Source: Octopus sinensis
Taxonomy: Eukaryota
Assembly (NCBI RefSeq): GCF_006345805.1
Contig: NC_043003.1
Location: forward strand, 89,404,001-89,468,000
Length of the DNA stretch: 64,000 bases
Reading direction: 5' to 3'
The notes below the pieces were generated by a model that saw nothing but the letters and a program-made list of their open reading frames with translations, did no database searches and was not told the DNA's origin. Shown here in pieces: positions 1 through 13,900 of this stretch. A program made the translations under genes and the position numbers. Position 1 is the first letter of the stretch. Each line of letters opens with the position of its first letter.

Positions 1-30
1 AATATATATATATATGTATATATTCATATA

Positions 31-2604
31 TCATCATCATCGTTTAACGTCTGTTTTCCATGTTAGCATGGGTTGGATGGTTCAACTGGGGTCTGGGAAG
101 CCAGAAGGCTGCGCCAGGCCCAGTCTGATCTGGCAGTGTTTCTACAGCTGGATGCCCTTCCTAATGCCAACCACTCCGTGAGTGTAGTGGGTGCTTTTTA
201 CGTGCCACCTGCACAGGTGCCAGACGAGGCTGGCAATGGCCACAATCGGATGGTGCTTTTTACGTGCCACCGGCACTGGTATCACAGCTACAATTTCCAT
301 TGATGTTGATCGATTTCGATTTTGATTTTCACTTGCCTCAACAGGTCTTCACAAGTAGGGTTTGTGTCACAAGAAGGAAAGGTATGCATAAGTGGGCTGG
401 CTACATCCCAGGTAGAGGCCACGAGTTATGGTCTCACTTGTCCTGCCGGGTTTTCCCACGCACAGCATACTTCCAAAGGTCTCGGTCTCTGGTCATTTCC
501 TCGGTGAGACCTAAAGTTCGAAGGTCGTGCTTCACCACCTCGTCCCAGGTTTTCCTGGGTCTACCTCTTCCACAGGTTCCCTCAACCACTAGCGTGTGGC
601 ACTTTTTCACACAACTATCTTCATCCATTCTCACTACATGACCATACCATCGCAAACGTCTCTCTTGCACACCACAACTGATGCTTCTTAGATCCAACTT
701 TTCTCTCAAGGTACTTACACTCTATCGAGTATGAACACTGACATTACACATCCATCAGAGCATCCTGGCTTCATTTCTTGCAAGCTTACGCATATCCTCA
801 GCAGTCATGGCCCAAGTTTCACTGTCATGTAGCATGGCTGTTCGTACACATGCATCATACAGTCTGCCTTTTATTCTGAGCGAGAGGCCTTTTGTCACCA
901 GCAGAGGTAAGAGCTCTCTGAACTTTGCCCAGGCTATTCTTACTCTAGCATTTACACTTTCAGCACACCCACCCCCACTACTGACTTGGTCACCTAGGTA
1001 ACGGAAGCTATCAACAATTTCTAGTTTTCCTCCCTTGAATGTGGCGGAAGTTGGTCTCTGAGCATTTTCAATGTTTATTGCTCCTGAGCATCTGCCACAT
1101 ACAAAAACTATCTTCCCAGTTAGCCTTCCTTTGACATTGCTGCACCTCTTATGTGTCCATAGCTTACGCTTGGTGCATCTTATAGAGTTTCTACCTACGC
1201 CTTTTCTATAGATCGAGCAGGGCCATCTACCTGAAGGCGTTTGTGATTTGCCTGCCTTCCTACATTTGGTTTTAGCGAGGTTGATTTTAAGGCCCTTCGA
1301 TTCTTATCCTTGTCTCCACACTTGAAACTTTGCCTCTAGTTCTGATAGTGACTCAGCAATTAGAGCAAGGTCATCAGCATATAGGAGCTCCCAGGGTCAT
1401 CCTGTCTTAAATTCCTCCGTTATTGCCTGGAGGACTATGATAAATAGGAGGGGGCTGAGGACTGAACCTTGGTGGACCCCTACCTCTACCCTGAATTCTT
1501 TAGTGTACTCGTTGCCAACCCTCACCTTACTTACAGTGTCTCTGTACATGGCTTGCACAGCTCTCACTAACCATTCATCTATCCCTAGTTTCCTCATTGA
1601 CCACCAGATAAGGGATCGGGGGACCCTGTCAAAGGCTTTCTCCGTGTCAACGAAAGCCAGGTACAGGGGCTTATCTTTGGCTAGGTATTTCTCCTGCAGC
1701 TGTCTCACCAGAAATATGGCATCAGTGGTGCTTTTCCCTTGCACGAAACCAAACTGCATCTCATTCAAGCTGACTCTCTCCCTAATCTGTTGGGCTATGA
1801 CCCTCTCTGTAACCTTCATTACCTGATCCAACAGCTTGATACCTCTGTAATTATTAGTATCTAAAGCGTTACCTTTACCTTTGTAGTAGTTGACTATTTT
1901 GCTGCTACACCAGTCATTGGGTATGACTCCATCGTGTATCACCTGGTTAACTATACGGGTGACTAGGCTATAGCCGACACTACCAGATATTTTAAGCATC
2001 TCTGCAGCAATTCCTAGTGGGCCTGGGGCTTTCCCTGTCTTCATGCTTATAATTGCCTTAACTACTAAGGAACTGTCAACTCAGATAGCTGGTCCTTCTG
2101 TTGGGTCGACATTCGGCAGACTCTCTTTATCCCATTCATTTTCCTCATTTAGCAGCCTCTCATAATGGTGTCTCCAAGCCTCTCTCTTTGCATCCTCTTT
2201 CAGCGCAAGTGAGTCATCATCCATGCAGACACATTTCTCTCCTACCATATCATGATTCTCTCTCACACCCTGTCTTGCAACACGGAATACCTCAAGTCTT
2301 TGGTCCTCACGGCACAGAACATTGGCAAATTTTTTCTGATCTGCTTCCCCTCTGGCTAAATTAACCTGTCTCTTAGCTTCTCTTTTGGTAGTCTGATACA
2401 ATTCCCTGCTACCACCATTTTTCCAGTCCTTCCAAGCCTGTCTCTTTTCTCTAATAGCCCTGTCTACAACATTGTTCCACCACCACGTTATTTTGGGTCG
2501 AGAGGGGACTTAGCATCATCCACAGATCTGGTCAGTGGCTCTCAGCAGGTTGTCCCTTAGAGAACTTTGAGACCTCTAGTTGTCACAGGTTGTCCCTTAG
2601 AGAC
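31..2604 (-). mobile_element. RTE-clade LINE, 5'-truncated, with frameshifts
   Basis: RT fragments (KAPGP..., NYRGIKLLDQVMK, QFGFVQGKSTTDAIF, GVHQGSVLSPLLF) and C-terminal GRGRPRKTW. (GAT)n tail reads as (CAT)n at 31-41. Confidence 0.92.
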
Positions 2605-2609
2605 CTATA

Positions 2610-2775
2610 TAATAATAATAATAATTTTAGGGAGTATAACTCCAAACTTACAGGGAAAAATTCAATTTAGTATTAAATCAAATTTCACAATATAAATATA
2701 TAATAATATATATAAATTAGAGAAAAACCACTATTATGTAATTCAAACAATGATAGTCATAAACCAAATCATAAA
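2610..2775. repeat. AT-rich interspersed repeat, probably a Penelope-like terminal repeat; second copy at 33555-33730
   Basis: ttagggagtataactccaaacttacagggaaaaattcaatttagtattaaatcaaatttcac recurs reverse-complemented at about 33655-33720. aattagagaaaaaccactattatg...cataaacc recurs directly at 33560-33612. Family assignment is inference. Confidence 0.6.
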
Positions 2776-3004
2776 TAAAAAATAAAATATATTATTTATA
2801 TATATATATATATATATATATTATAAAACATATAACTAGATCACAAAAAGTACAAAAATGAATTAACAATATATAATAAGGAAAAAGACTACGTATGTTT
2901 CATGGCTATAATTTCAGTTCGAATTACAATTTAATAGTATTTTAGTATGTCTAATGGAATTAAAAATTATTTTTATGCATTTGTGTACATTTAAACTAAT
3001 TAAC

Positions 3005-4157
3005 TATTATTTTACAGAATAATAGAATTAAAATTTCTTTGATTGAAACCCTTTTTAACATGGAAGTGTCCAAAGAGCATTTGAGGCACATAATCCTTTA
3101 TGAATACAAAAAAGGGAAACTCTGCAGCCGAAGTGACTCAAAACATACACTCAGTTTATGGGAAAGAATGCTTGAATGAAAGAACTTGCAGAAAATGGTT
3201 TGCAAAATTCAGAAGTGGAGATTTCAGCCTTGAAGATGAAGATCAAACAGGACGTCCAGTTGAGTTTGATGATAAGCTCCTTGAAGCATTACTTGAAGAA
3301 AACCATGCTTTATCAGTTGAAGAATTGACAATAAAGCTTAGTTCAAACTATACAACTGTTCATCATCATCTTCAACAACTTGAAAAGGTTCCTAAACTTG
3401 GAAAATGGGTGCCTCATGAATTGTCCAAAAGCAACCACAAATTCCGAGTTTACATTTGCTCTTCTTTCCATTCTCATGAACTCATTTCACCCTTTCTGGA
3501 TAGACTTGTGACTGGTGACGAAAAATGGATCTATTGAAATGTTAAATGTGATAAATAGTGGCTTGGTAAAAGGGAAAAAGCTCAACCGCAGCTGAGAAGG
3601 GAACTTCATGGGAAAAGCTTCTTCTCTCTATCTAGTGGGATTGCAAAGGAGTAATTCACTTTGAATTGTTACCACCTAATGCAACAATTAATGCTCAAGT
3701 CTACTGTTAGCAATTAGAGCATTTGAAGCAAGCTTTGAATAAAAAAAGACCTGCTTTAAAGAATTGAAAAGGAGTGATGTTTCATCAGGACAATGCGCGA
3801 CCCCACACTGCAAAGATCACATTACAGAAGATCGAAGAGCTTGGTTGGGAAAGCATTCCTGTTCCATTTTATTCTCCCGACCTTGCTCCTTCAGACTACC
3901 ATTTGTTTCGTAGTTTACAGAATCATTTGGGGAACATAACTTTTGCAAGCCAGGAGGAAGTCGAAACTGACATTTCAGAGTTCTTCACTTTAAAACCAAA
4001 AGAGTTTTACATTGATGGGATTAAAAAACTTGTAAATAGATGAAAGGAAGTCATAGATAATCAGGGAAAGTACCTTGATTAAATTTCAATTAAATATAAC
4101 ATTTGATCACTTGTTTTCTTTATTCAAAATTCGGACAGAACTTATGGGATGACCTGA
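3005..4157 (+). mobile_element. Mariner (D,D34D) transposon relic; 5' TIR not found
   Basis: MEVSKEHLRH...KWFAKFRSGDFSLED, LVTGDEKWIY, HQDNARPH and YSPDLAPSDYHLF, broken by stops and frameshifts. The TIR-like 3' end ...cttatgggatgacctga is followed by TA. Confidence 0.9.
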
Positions 4158-4171
4158 TATATATATATATG

Positions 4172-6470
4172 TTTTATCCTCACAAGACAGCGGGACGCAG
4201 GGTTGCTCCCGGGTGAAGAATGTACCCCCCCCCCACATAGGCTAGTCATTAGTGACTTTAGACTTGAGGCCAGAAGCATACCAAGAAGCAGACCAATCCC
4301 AAAAAGAAGGATTTGGAAGCTAAAGAACCCTTCACATGGTCAGAGATTTAGGTACATCCTCATCAAGAAATTTGATGAGAGGGAGGTGGAGCTACAGACG
4401 TTGGACATAGAAGGTAGCTGGAAATTCCTACAGGACAGCTTGCTGAATGCCACAGACCAAGTCTGCAGATGGTGCAAAGTCCCTTCCATATCTAGAGTTA
4501 TGTGGTGGTGAAATAGAACGGTAGACAAAGCCATTAGAGCAAAGAAACAGGCCTGGAAAGCCTGGAAGGGTGGGGGTAGCAGGGAACTGTACCAGGTAGC
4601 CAAAAGGGACGCTGGGCAGCAGGTATACATATCCAAGGGCGAAGCGGAAAAGAAGAAGTTTGCCAATGTCCAGTGATGTGAGGACCAAAGGACTGAGGTA
4701 TTTCAGATAGCAAGACAGTGTGTGAGAGAAAATTGTGATGTCACAGGAGAGAAATCTGTCCACATGGATGATGGTGCACTTGGTTTTAATGTTTCTGAAA
4801 AGAAAGTGGCTTGGAGAAGCCATTGTGAAAGACTGCTGAATGTGGAGAATGAATGGGAGGAGGAGAGCCTGCTAAATGTTGACCCAGTAGAGGGACCAGC
4901 TATCCGAATGGACAGCTCGCTGGTAGATAAAGCAATTAAGATATGAAACCAGGAAAAGCCCCCGGCCCATCAGGAATCACTGCTGAGATGCTTAAAACAT
5001 CTGGTGATGTGGGCTATAGCCTAGTCACCCGCATTGTAAACCAGGTAGTTCATGATGGAGTCATACCCAATGACTGGCGTAGCAGCACCATAGTTAACTG
5101 CTACAAGGGTAAAGGTGATGCTCTAGATAGAAATAACTACAGGGGTATCAAACTGCTGGATCAGGTGATGAAGGTCACGGAGAGGGTCATAGCCTATCTC
5201 ATTAGGGAGAGAGTCTGCTTAGATGAGATGCAGTTCAGTTTTGTGCCGGGTAGAAGCACCACTGATGCCATATTCCTGGTTTGACAACTGCAAGGGAAAT
5301 ACCTAGCTAAAGATAAACCCCTCTACTTAGTTTTCATGGACTTGGAGAAAGCCTTTGACAGCGTCCCCCGATCCCTTATCTGGAGGGCAATGCGGAAACT
5401 GGAGATTGACGAATGGTTAATAAGGGCTGTACAGGCCCTATACAGAGAGGTCGTTAGTAAGGTTAGGATTGGCACTGAGTATAGTGAAGAATTCCAAATA
5501 GAAGTAGGGGTCCACCAAAGTTCAGCCCTCAGTCCCCTTTTATTCATCATAGTTCTCCAGGCAATAACAGAGGAATTCAAGATGGGTTGCCCCTAGGAGC
5601 TCCTCTCTGCTGATGACCTGACCCTCATAGCAGAATCACTACCGGAACTAGAAAAGAAATTTTGGGTGTGGAAGCTAGGTTTAAAATCAAAAGGCCTTAG
5701 AGTCAATGTAGTAAAGACCAAACTTCTAGTAAGTAGGAAGGTGAACTCATTGCACACCCCTTCAGGAAGGTGGCCCTGCTCGATCTGTAGAAAAGGTGTA
5801 GGTAGAAACTCCATAAGATGTACCCAGTGTTAGCTATGGACACATAAGAAGTGCCGGAACATCAAAGGAAGATTAACCGAGAAGATAGCTATCATGTGCG
5901 GCAGATGCACAGGGGCAAGAGACACCACAGATACTCAGAAAACAGATTCCATCACACTCCAGGGTGAGAAACTAGAAGTAGTTGATAGTTTCCGCTGCGT
6001 AGGTGACCAAGTTAGTAGTGGGGGTGGATGCTCAGAATAATAATAGCCTAGAATAATAATAGCCTGGGAAAAGTTTAGAAAGCTTCTTCCCCTACTGGCG
6101 ACAAAGGGTCCCTCGCTCAGAGTGAAAGATAGATTGAACGACGCATGTGTGCAAACTGCCATGCTTCACGGCAGTGAAACATGGGCTGTGACTGCGGAAG
6201 ACATGCATAGGCTCGAAAGAAATGAAGCTAGCATGATCCGCTGGATGTGTAATGTCAGTGTGCACTCACGACAGAGAGTAAGTGCTCTGAAAGAAATTTT
6301 GGACATAAGAAGCATCGGATGCAGTGTGCAGGAGAAACGTTTGCGCTTGTATGGTCATGTACTACAGATTGATGAGGAAAGATGTGTGAAGAAGTGCCAC
6401 TCCCAAACTGTTGAAGGAACCTGGGGTAGAGGTAGACCCAGGAAGACATGGGACAAGGTGGTCAAGCATG
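4172..6470 (+). mobile_element. RTE-clade LINE, 5'-truncated, decayed; same family as 31-2604 in the opposite orientation
   Basis: ORF pieces 4203-6583: end of endonuclease, RT (MKPGKAPGPSG, NYRGIKLLDQ) and GRGRPRKTW. Confidence 0.92.
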
Positions 6471-6765
6471 AGCAGCAAGGTGACCTGCTGTGCTTGGGGA
6501 GTCCTGTTGAGTCAAATACATCAACATCAAAATATAAATCAAATGGAAATTATAGTTGTGATACTTGTGCCGGTGGCACATAAAAAGCACCTACCAATCA
6601 TGGCAGGAACCAATGTTGGCACCAATCAATCGTGGCACAAACTGGTGCAGGAAACAGCCATGAACTTACATTGTTTGTCGGGTCTTCGCAATTATAGAAA
6701 TTATAGAAATTATTATTACCAGTGGCCTAGAACAAAAAAAAAAAGTCAATAGACTATATATTATT

Positions 6766-7242
6766 CACATAAAAATATCGTGTTCATTAGAACACATTAA
6801 GAGGCTTCCAAATAGGAAAGCCTTGTGCTAATAATTCTTATTACCCTAATATTATTTATCATGTTTAAATATTTTTTGATAGATTTGTTTGAAATTTTAC
6901 CGGCATCCTCTCTGTTGCTGGAAATAAACTGCATCGACGCGGTTGTTTGGAAAAATTAGGATATACAGGCAACTGGTTTACATGCAAATCTAGTTGTGTG
7001 TATATTTGAAATCTAAAGGCTCCCTACTGACGAAAACTAGCCTCGGTAAATATTTTTTTACTGGAATGAGTTAGAAACCTTGGTCTAGGAACTAAATTAG
7101 ATGGTAAATGTTTTTAATTTTCAATCCTTTCAAGAATTTATCCATAATTAGTGGTTTGAGTTTTCTACTGCTTTTTCTAGCACAAGGCTTTCCTATTTGG
7201 AAGCCTCTTAATGTGTTCTAATGAACACTATATTTTTATGTG
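6766..7242. mobile_element. Non-autonomous DNA element (MITE-like) with 65-bp inverted arms
   Basis: 6766-6830 is the reverse complement of 7178-7242 with 1 mismatch. Each arm contains an internal TTAA (6797-6800, 7208-7211). Confidence 0.8.
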
Positions 7243-7300
7243 TGTATATATATATATAAACAAAAAGGTTTTTTTCCTATTCGCCATCTTCTTTTTTCAG

Positions 7301-7452
7301 GTTTCTGTACCAGTACATGTTGCAAAGATTCTTACCTATCCAGAGAGAGTAAACAAGGCTAATATTGTCATGCTGAAAAAAATGGTAACAAATGGACCAG
7401 ATCATCATCCAGGGGCAAACTTCATTGAGCATCGAGGGACCAAAGTTAAAAA
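7301..7452 (+). CDS. POLR3A: POLR3A exon A: [50 protein letters not shown](K)
   Basis: Acceptor cttttttcag|GTT, donor AA|gtaaac (phase 2). Matches RPC1 [18 protein letters not shown]...HPGANF. Confidence 0.95.
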
Positions 7453-8589
7453 GTAAACCATTTTTATTATTATAATATTCATGTTAATCTCTGGTTACAG
7501 AATCGATATGTAGCAGTTGTGACTGAACAACAAACTAAATGGCTTATAAGCTTAAGTTGCCGTCTATAATCCGAATTCAAATCCCTTTGATGTCAGTTTT
7601 GTCCTTCTTTGCTTTTGCAAGTTGATAAAATAAGTACCACTAACACAGAATTCACTATTTAATGTGCTGTTTCCTTTCATAAAACTTGGTGTTATGGCAG
7701 ATAGATGAACCAACGTTTTTTAATTGTTCTTCAGTTTGACCATCATAGCCTACTGACTGGATTTATGTCCATTTCTCCGTGTTAACGTAGGTTAGATGAA
7801 TATGTTATTGAAGCATTGTTTTATAACCAGATGCTTTTTTCATGCTAATGCATGTCTATTTTTTAAGTAAGGGACCTCTTCTTCCACACAAATTTAAAGT
7901 GAGCAGACAGCTTATTGACAGTAGAAGTAACAATAACACTACTTACACGTCATGATTTTTGAATGAGTAACTACAGAGGAAAAAAAAAATAACACACACA
8001 CATACATGTGTGCGTGTGCACACACTCACACACACACTGGTTTGAATCTTATCACTTGTGGGTATTAGCTGGGTAGATTACAACATGGAATTGGTTAGTG
8101 GTTACCACTGTAGGAATACTAATGAATTAATAATCTAATGTATCCCCATTTTTATCACAAGATTAAGAATGACTGTTTAATGATATTAAGTACTTTGTAA
8201 CTCTGATCTCTGCAGTAATATTTGTTACACGTCAAGTCTTAAAAAAAAAATCACTAATATTAATACACAAACTTGTTGTTTTTGTATGTAGTACCTGTGG
8301 TGTGTGTCACACTTAATTTAAAGAAAGAAGTGAGTGGCAAAGTGGGAGAGAGGAGGACAGAGAGGAAGTGAGAGAGAAAGAGAGAGAGTGAGTGAAAGAG
8401 AAAAAGAGAGAGAGGGAGACTGTGAGTGGTGACAACGTTCATTTTATGTTTTTAAATGTTTATCACATTGCAAGAAAAGTAGATAGGCAAATTGAAAGAA
8501 AAGTTGATAGATAGATCTATACACACATTGTTAAATCAAAGACAAATTACTACAGCAAATATTGGATGTCACTTTCACTTTTCATTACC

Positions 8590-8750
8590 ACACAAGGATA
8601 AAATTAACTCGCAAGTGGCTGAGTACTCCACAGACATGCATACCATTAACATAGTTCTCAGGGAGATTCAGCCTCACACAGAATATGACAAGGCTGCCCC
8701 TTTGAGTTACAGCTACAACTCATTTTGGCCAGCTGAGTGGACTGGAGCAA
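8590..8750 (-). mobile_element. SINE fragment (family of 61678-62063)
   Basis: Reverse-complement match to ctgtggagtgctcagccactt and ...caaagggccggccttgtca. Confidence 0.75.
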
Positions 8751-9065
8751 GATAAACCTTCAAGTGTTTGGAAGAAAACAAAAAAAAGATCCTATATAGG
8801 GGCAGGAAATTCTTTTTAGTCATTAGGGTCTCTAGGGGTGTTAATTCAGTCCCAACAGGGGAATTTGTGGGTCTCACAGATGTGGAGGCCAAGGCCCCAG
8901 ATAAACACTGATGCACAGGTTGTTGTTATCAAACTGAGCAGGGGTCGAGGGCGGATACACACAATGAATAGCAATTATTTCATCTTAGCTTTCACTGTTT
9001 ATACTAGACACATGACATTTTTGTCTTACGATATGAAACATTTCGTTTTCTTTCACTCTTTTTAA

Positions 9066-9380
9066 AAAATGGCACGGCGTCAGTTATGACGATGAGGTTT
9101 CTCTTTATCTGATCAATGGAACAGTCTACTCATAAAATTAATGAGTAAGAGGCTGAGTACTCCACAGACATGTATACCATAATGTAGTTCTCAGAGAGAT
9201 TCAGCCTTGCACAAAATGTGACAAGGCTGGCCCCTCTGAATTACAGCTACAACTCATTTTTGCCAGCTGAGTGGACTGCAGCAAGGTAGAGTACTTTGCT
9301 CAAGAACACAGCGTGCCATTGGGAATCATACTCATGACTTTACAATCATGGGCTGAATACCCCTAATCAGTGGGCCATGC
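9066..9380 (-). mobile_element. Decayed tRNA-derived SINE (family of 61678-62063)
   Basis: Same body motifs, plus a degenerate tRNA-like head at about 9300-9380. Confidence 0.75.
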
Positions 9381-9570
9381 ACTTTCTCTTAACCACAGAG
9401 AAAAGGAGTAAAGTGATAGGGACAGAGAAAGGAAAACATCAGTCATTTACAATGCCAATTAGACTGAAATACGATTGATCTTTTCTACCTTCTTTACTTT
9501 TAACAATGAAGAAGGAGGAAAGACATTTATTAATGAATAGAGGTTAAACACCTAAAAGATTAGAGGTTTT

Positions 9571-12500
9571 TATTTCATTTCATTTCATTTGGGTTTGAGT
9601 CCATGCTCAGGCCAAGTCGAAGACTCCACCCTCAGAGTCTGGTGTGGTTGCCAGGTTGTATTCTCTGCTTAAATTTGACATGTGTAGGAGCGAGTTTGAG
9701 TCAGTTTGTGCTCGTTGTGTATATCCTGGGAGATGGGGTTCATCTCTAATGGTGCTTAAGTATCTATCCAGTTGCAATTTGAATGATTCCACACTGCATC
9801 CTGATAGATTTCTGACATGTACCGGAATGGAGTTGAACAGTTGTGCTCCTCGAACCAACAGACTTGATTCTCGCAGGTTTTTGCTGCCTGGCCAGCCTTT
9901 TGTGGATTGGTGGCAGCTGGCAGCGTCTTCCGTGGCGCAGTGAGTGGTAGGTTTTGATACCAAAGTTTGGCACCTTCTGCTCTATCATTTTCCAAATGTA
10001 TATAATTCGGTATCGCTCAAATTCTTTCTATTGAGTACATCCTCAAGTTTTGAGTCTTTGCCAATAGTCCAGGTCCCTCGTTTCTGAGAAGTATGAGGTA
10101 AAATTTCTTTGGAGCGATTCTATCTTAGATAGTTGGCCCTTTGTTGTTGGTGACCACAACTGAGAACAGTAGTCAATCCTCGGAAGTATCATACTGTTCC
10201 AGAGGGTTTTCATTGTGAGGTATCTCTTGATTTGAAGGTGCGCAAGATCCACCCGCTGTACTTTCTTGCAGTAAGACAGACTGAGTCAAGGTGTTCTCTG
10301 AATTTTAGGTTGGTTCCCATGTGGATGCCTAAATCTTTCACATACTGTTTTTCCATTATTTGTTGTCCTGATGGGTTTCTGTAGTTTGTTGTATTTTTCA
10401 GATCTTGATCTGTTCCGTAGCGAATTAGTTCAAACTTCTTATCATTGAACAACATGTTGTTTGTTTCCTGCCATTTATATATGGTGGTCAGGTCCTTTTG
10501 TAAGGCCTCTGTATCCACCTCGTCTTTGATTTGTCTCATGACCCTGGTGTCATCAGCAAAGGATGAGACGTTGCTGGTTGTATCTTCATCTATGTCAGAG
10601 ATGAGGATGAGAAACAGGATGGGCCGAGTACTGTACCCTGAGGAACACTGCTGGTCACAGGTGATGGTGTTGAATGGGTTCCATTCACAGTGACTGTTGA
10701 GTTCTATTTGTAAGGAACTCGTTTATCCATGTACCAACTTTTCCTCCTACTCCTAGCTTCGAAGTTTGTGACCCAGGATGCCATGATCTACCTTGTCAAA
10801 TGCCTTGGCAAAGTCGAGGTAGATAACATCTGTGTTGTATCCATTCTCTAGATTTTCTAGGATTTGGTCATGGTGTGCCAGTAGTTGGGAAAGGCATGAT
10901 CTACCTAACCTGAATCCATGCTGGTTGCAATTCATCAGATTGTTGGATTCCAGGAACTCAACCAGTTTTCCACGAACTATTCTTTCGAAGACCTTGATAA
11001 TGTGTGATGTCAGTGAGATTGGTCGGTAGTTCTTTGGTTTTGATTTGCTATCCCCTTTATGTATTGGAGTTATGTGTGCTTCTTTATATGTATTTGGTAT
11101 TTTGCCATTCTCCATAGATTCCTCCATATCATGTAAAGGGGTTTCGACAATTGTGCCTTGCAGTTTTTAAGTATCAGGCATTGAAACCGTCAGGCCCCGC
11201 AGCCGAGTGCATGGAGAGCTTGTCTATGGCTCTTGCTATGTCTTCTGGGTTGAAATCAATGTCGGATAGGGTAGGTTTAGTATGGTCGATATCCTTGAAG
11301 AATTTTCCTGGGTCATGGATCTTCATGGTTTTAGATGGCTCACTGAAGACACTTTCATACTGTTGACCCAACATTTCTGCCATTTCAATAGGGTTATTCA
11401 CTACATCCCCATTTTGTCTCTGGAGAGGTCCTATTGTTGACTTGGTGTTCGAGTATTTCTTTGCAAAACTGTAGAACATTTTGGATTTTTCTTGATGTTT
11501 TCTATGGCTTTCTTTTCTGCATTGCTACGTTCTTCATCATAGTGTGTTTTAGATTGTCTTCTAATCTGTATATTTGGTCAAGACTTTCTGTAATTCATGT
11601 TTTGATGTCAGCTTAGATGTTTTGTTCTTAGTCTTGACCTTTTGCGCATCAGGATTTTCGTTCCCGTGGTACAGGTTTTTTTGTGGACTTGGTTTTCTTA
11701 GAGGAACATTTTTTTTTTCACTATTTCTTCGATCTTGTTTAAGAATTTCTTGTGTTTATCTGGCCAGTAAGGTAGAGATCCCAGTCAATGATTTGTAACT
11801 GGTTGTTAATAGTTTTCCAATTTGCCTGGTGATAATCATACCTGCATAGCTTTGGCATGTCCTTTTGTTTAAGAGTTGTGGCATTGGCTCATTACCAATG
11901 GTAAATGCATTTCAATAATATTGTGGTCTGAAAGGATTGGGGTTGAGTGAAGGTCAAATAGCGTGTCCTCGTTGTTGGTGAAAACCAAGTCGATCGTATT
12001 ATTATTCTTGTTGCTTCTGTCATCATTTGTTTGAGGTATAATTTCTCTGTGACTTCCAACAGTTTGGCTGCCGTATTTGTTCAGCTTTTGTCCCCAGTTT
12101 TAGTATGTGTCCATGTGGCCAGATGATGTTAGGGAAGTTGAAGTCACCAAGGAGGATAATGTCTGGCATTGACTTGCCATGTTTCCCAGAATTTGTTGGA
12201 GCTTCGTCAGTGGCTCAGTGAAGGATAATGTTGGGCTGTTTGGCGGTCTGTACATTATTGTTACAACTGTATAAGTTGGATGATTTTTATGCACAGCAGG
12301 TTGCAGTAGGCATTTGATTCATTGACAAGTTCTATGCATGCATAGGTATCATGGATATACATGATAACGCCCCCATGGGATCTGCCTTGTCTATCACATC
12401 TGAAGATGTTGAATCTATTGATTGTGATTTCGCTGTTGCGGATGTTTTCGTTGAGATGACTTTCAGTAATTCCAATTATTTTGGAGTTGTTTCTGTTGCT

Positions 12501-13900
12501 AATTCTTCCAGAAAGGACTTTACACTGTTTTGTTTTCGGATAAAGACCCTGGATATTTGCTGTTATTATGCTTGTTGTACCGGATACATCTGCCCTATTG
12601 TTGGCAAGACTGTTGTAGTTGCTGGGACTGTGCTGACTGGATATTCGGTCTGCTGGGCTGTCTGTATTTGTTGTACGTGCCCTGTAAGTCCAGGTGTCAG
12701 CCTTTGTATCAATTGCCTGGTTTTGCTGAGTCGTCTGTATGGAGTACAGCTGTTGTTGTAGTTGGTAGATTATGCCTAAAAAACTGTCTTTCATTCATTA
12801 CTATATCGAATTTCTGCGAGTTTGGGTTTGTTACAGCTGATGTATGCAATTGAGTAGCATGATTTTCATTCGCTGTGAGCCATGACCTGGGTTCCGCATT
12901 TTTGGGAAATGGTTTTCATACCCTGCTGAGCCATGACTGGTTTCCGCATTTTTGGGAAATGGTTTTCATACCCTGCTGAGCTTGGTCCTGGTGGTGTGGG
13001 TTCAGTAGTTTTATGCGAATTGTACCCTCCGGTGCATAAATTTGCAATTCTCACCAAAACATTTTTTTTCTCAGCGAATTGCGGCACATCTTTGGGTGAA
13101 GGAGTTCACATTCTCGGCCATTTTGGCATCCTTTTTTTCGATCAGTACGAAGTTGATATATGGTCTGCATGGTTTGGGGTGACTGTACATGCACCCTGTA
13201 CCTGAAAGACCATGTTGCACTTGTTGCGCCTGTAATGGATACATACTGGCCTTCCTTCATTTGAGCGTTGCTCTGGATTGTTTCTTTCGTGTGGGAAGTT
13301 TGGTCTTTTTCTGCAGGATCTCCTGTTTCTTGTTTTGTAGGTGTTTGCATGTCATGTCTTCATTCTTGTCATTTACAAGAGGCACTTGGATGGCCTGTGT
13401 GTGGCAGGATTTATTTGCCATGTCAGTTTCGCCAATCAATGTCTGTTTAGAACGGCCTGTCTGTGGTAGGGTCCTAGGTTCATTCGTTATTGTGGCCCTT
13501 GGTGAACAATAACTGCATAGCCAGTGTAGGCCTAGAATATCTGGAATGATGTGGTTATTTATCTTTTTTAAGTAGCACGCTTCGTGTATTCCTTGTCCAC
13601 AGATGAAGCATGCCAAAGCTGGTTTTTGGCCAAATGTAATGCAGTACTGTTTGTCACACATTTTGCAAGTCTCCGGGAGGAAGTTTTCAATCCTTGCTAT
13701 AATCCAGTTGGTGAGGTTTGGTTTTGTGAGCTCAACTTGGACACCATCATTCAAGAAAGCTGCTGCTTTCTTTAACATCGTATTCTTTAACATCGTATTC
13801 TTTATGGAATAAAATATTTTTTATTTATTTCACTATGTGATCATTTCGTAGAGAAAGACTATAAATTCATTTTCGGAATCTGAGTTGTCAAAGAGTACTC
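9571..13900 (-). mobile_element. Near full-length CR1/L2-group LINE (ORF1 with PHD and CCCH fingers; ORF2 APE-RT), pseudogenised
   Basis: ORF1: CKMC...CFICGQGIHEAC...WLCSYC and CQNGRECELLHPKMC. ORF2: IIGITESHLN (APE), NYRPISLTSHIIKVFERIV, QHGFRLGRSC, YLDFAKAFDKVDH, FADD. The 3' tail is (GAAAT)n at 9571-9590. The 5' boundary is approximate. Confidence 0.9.
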
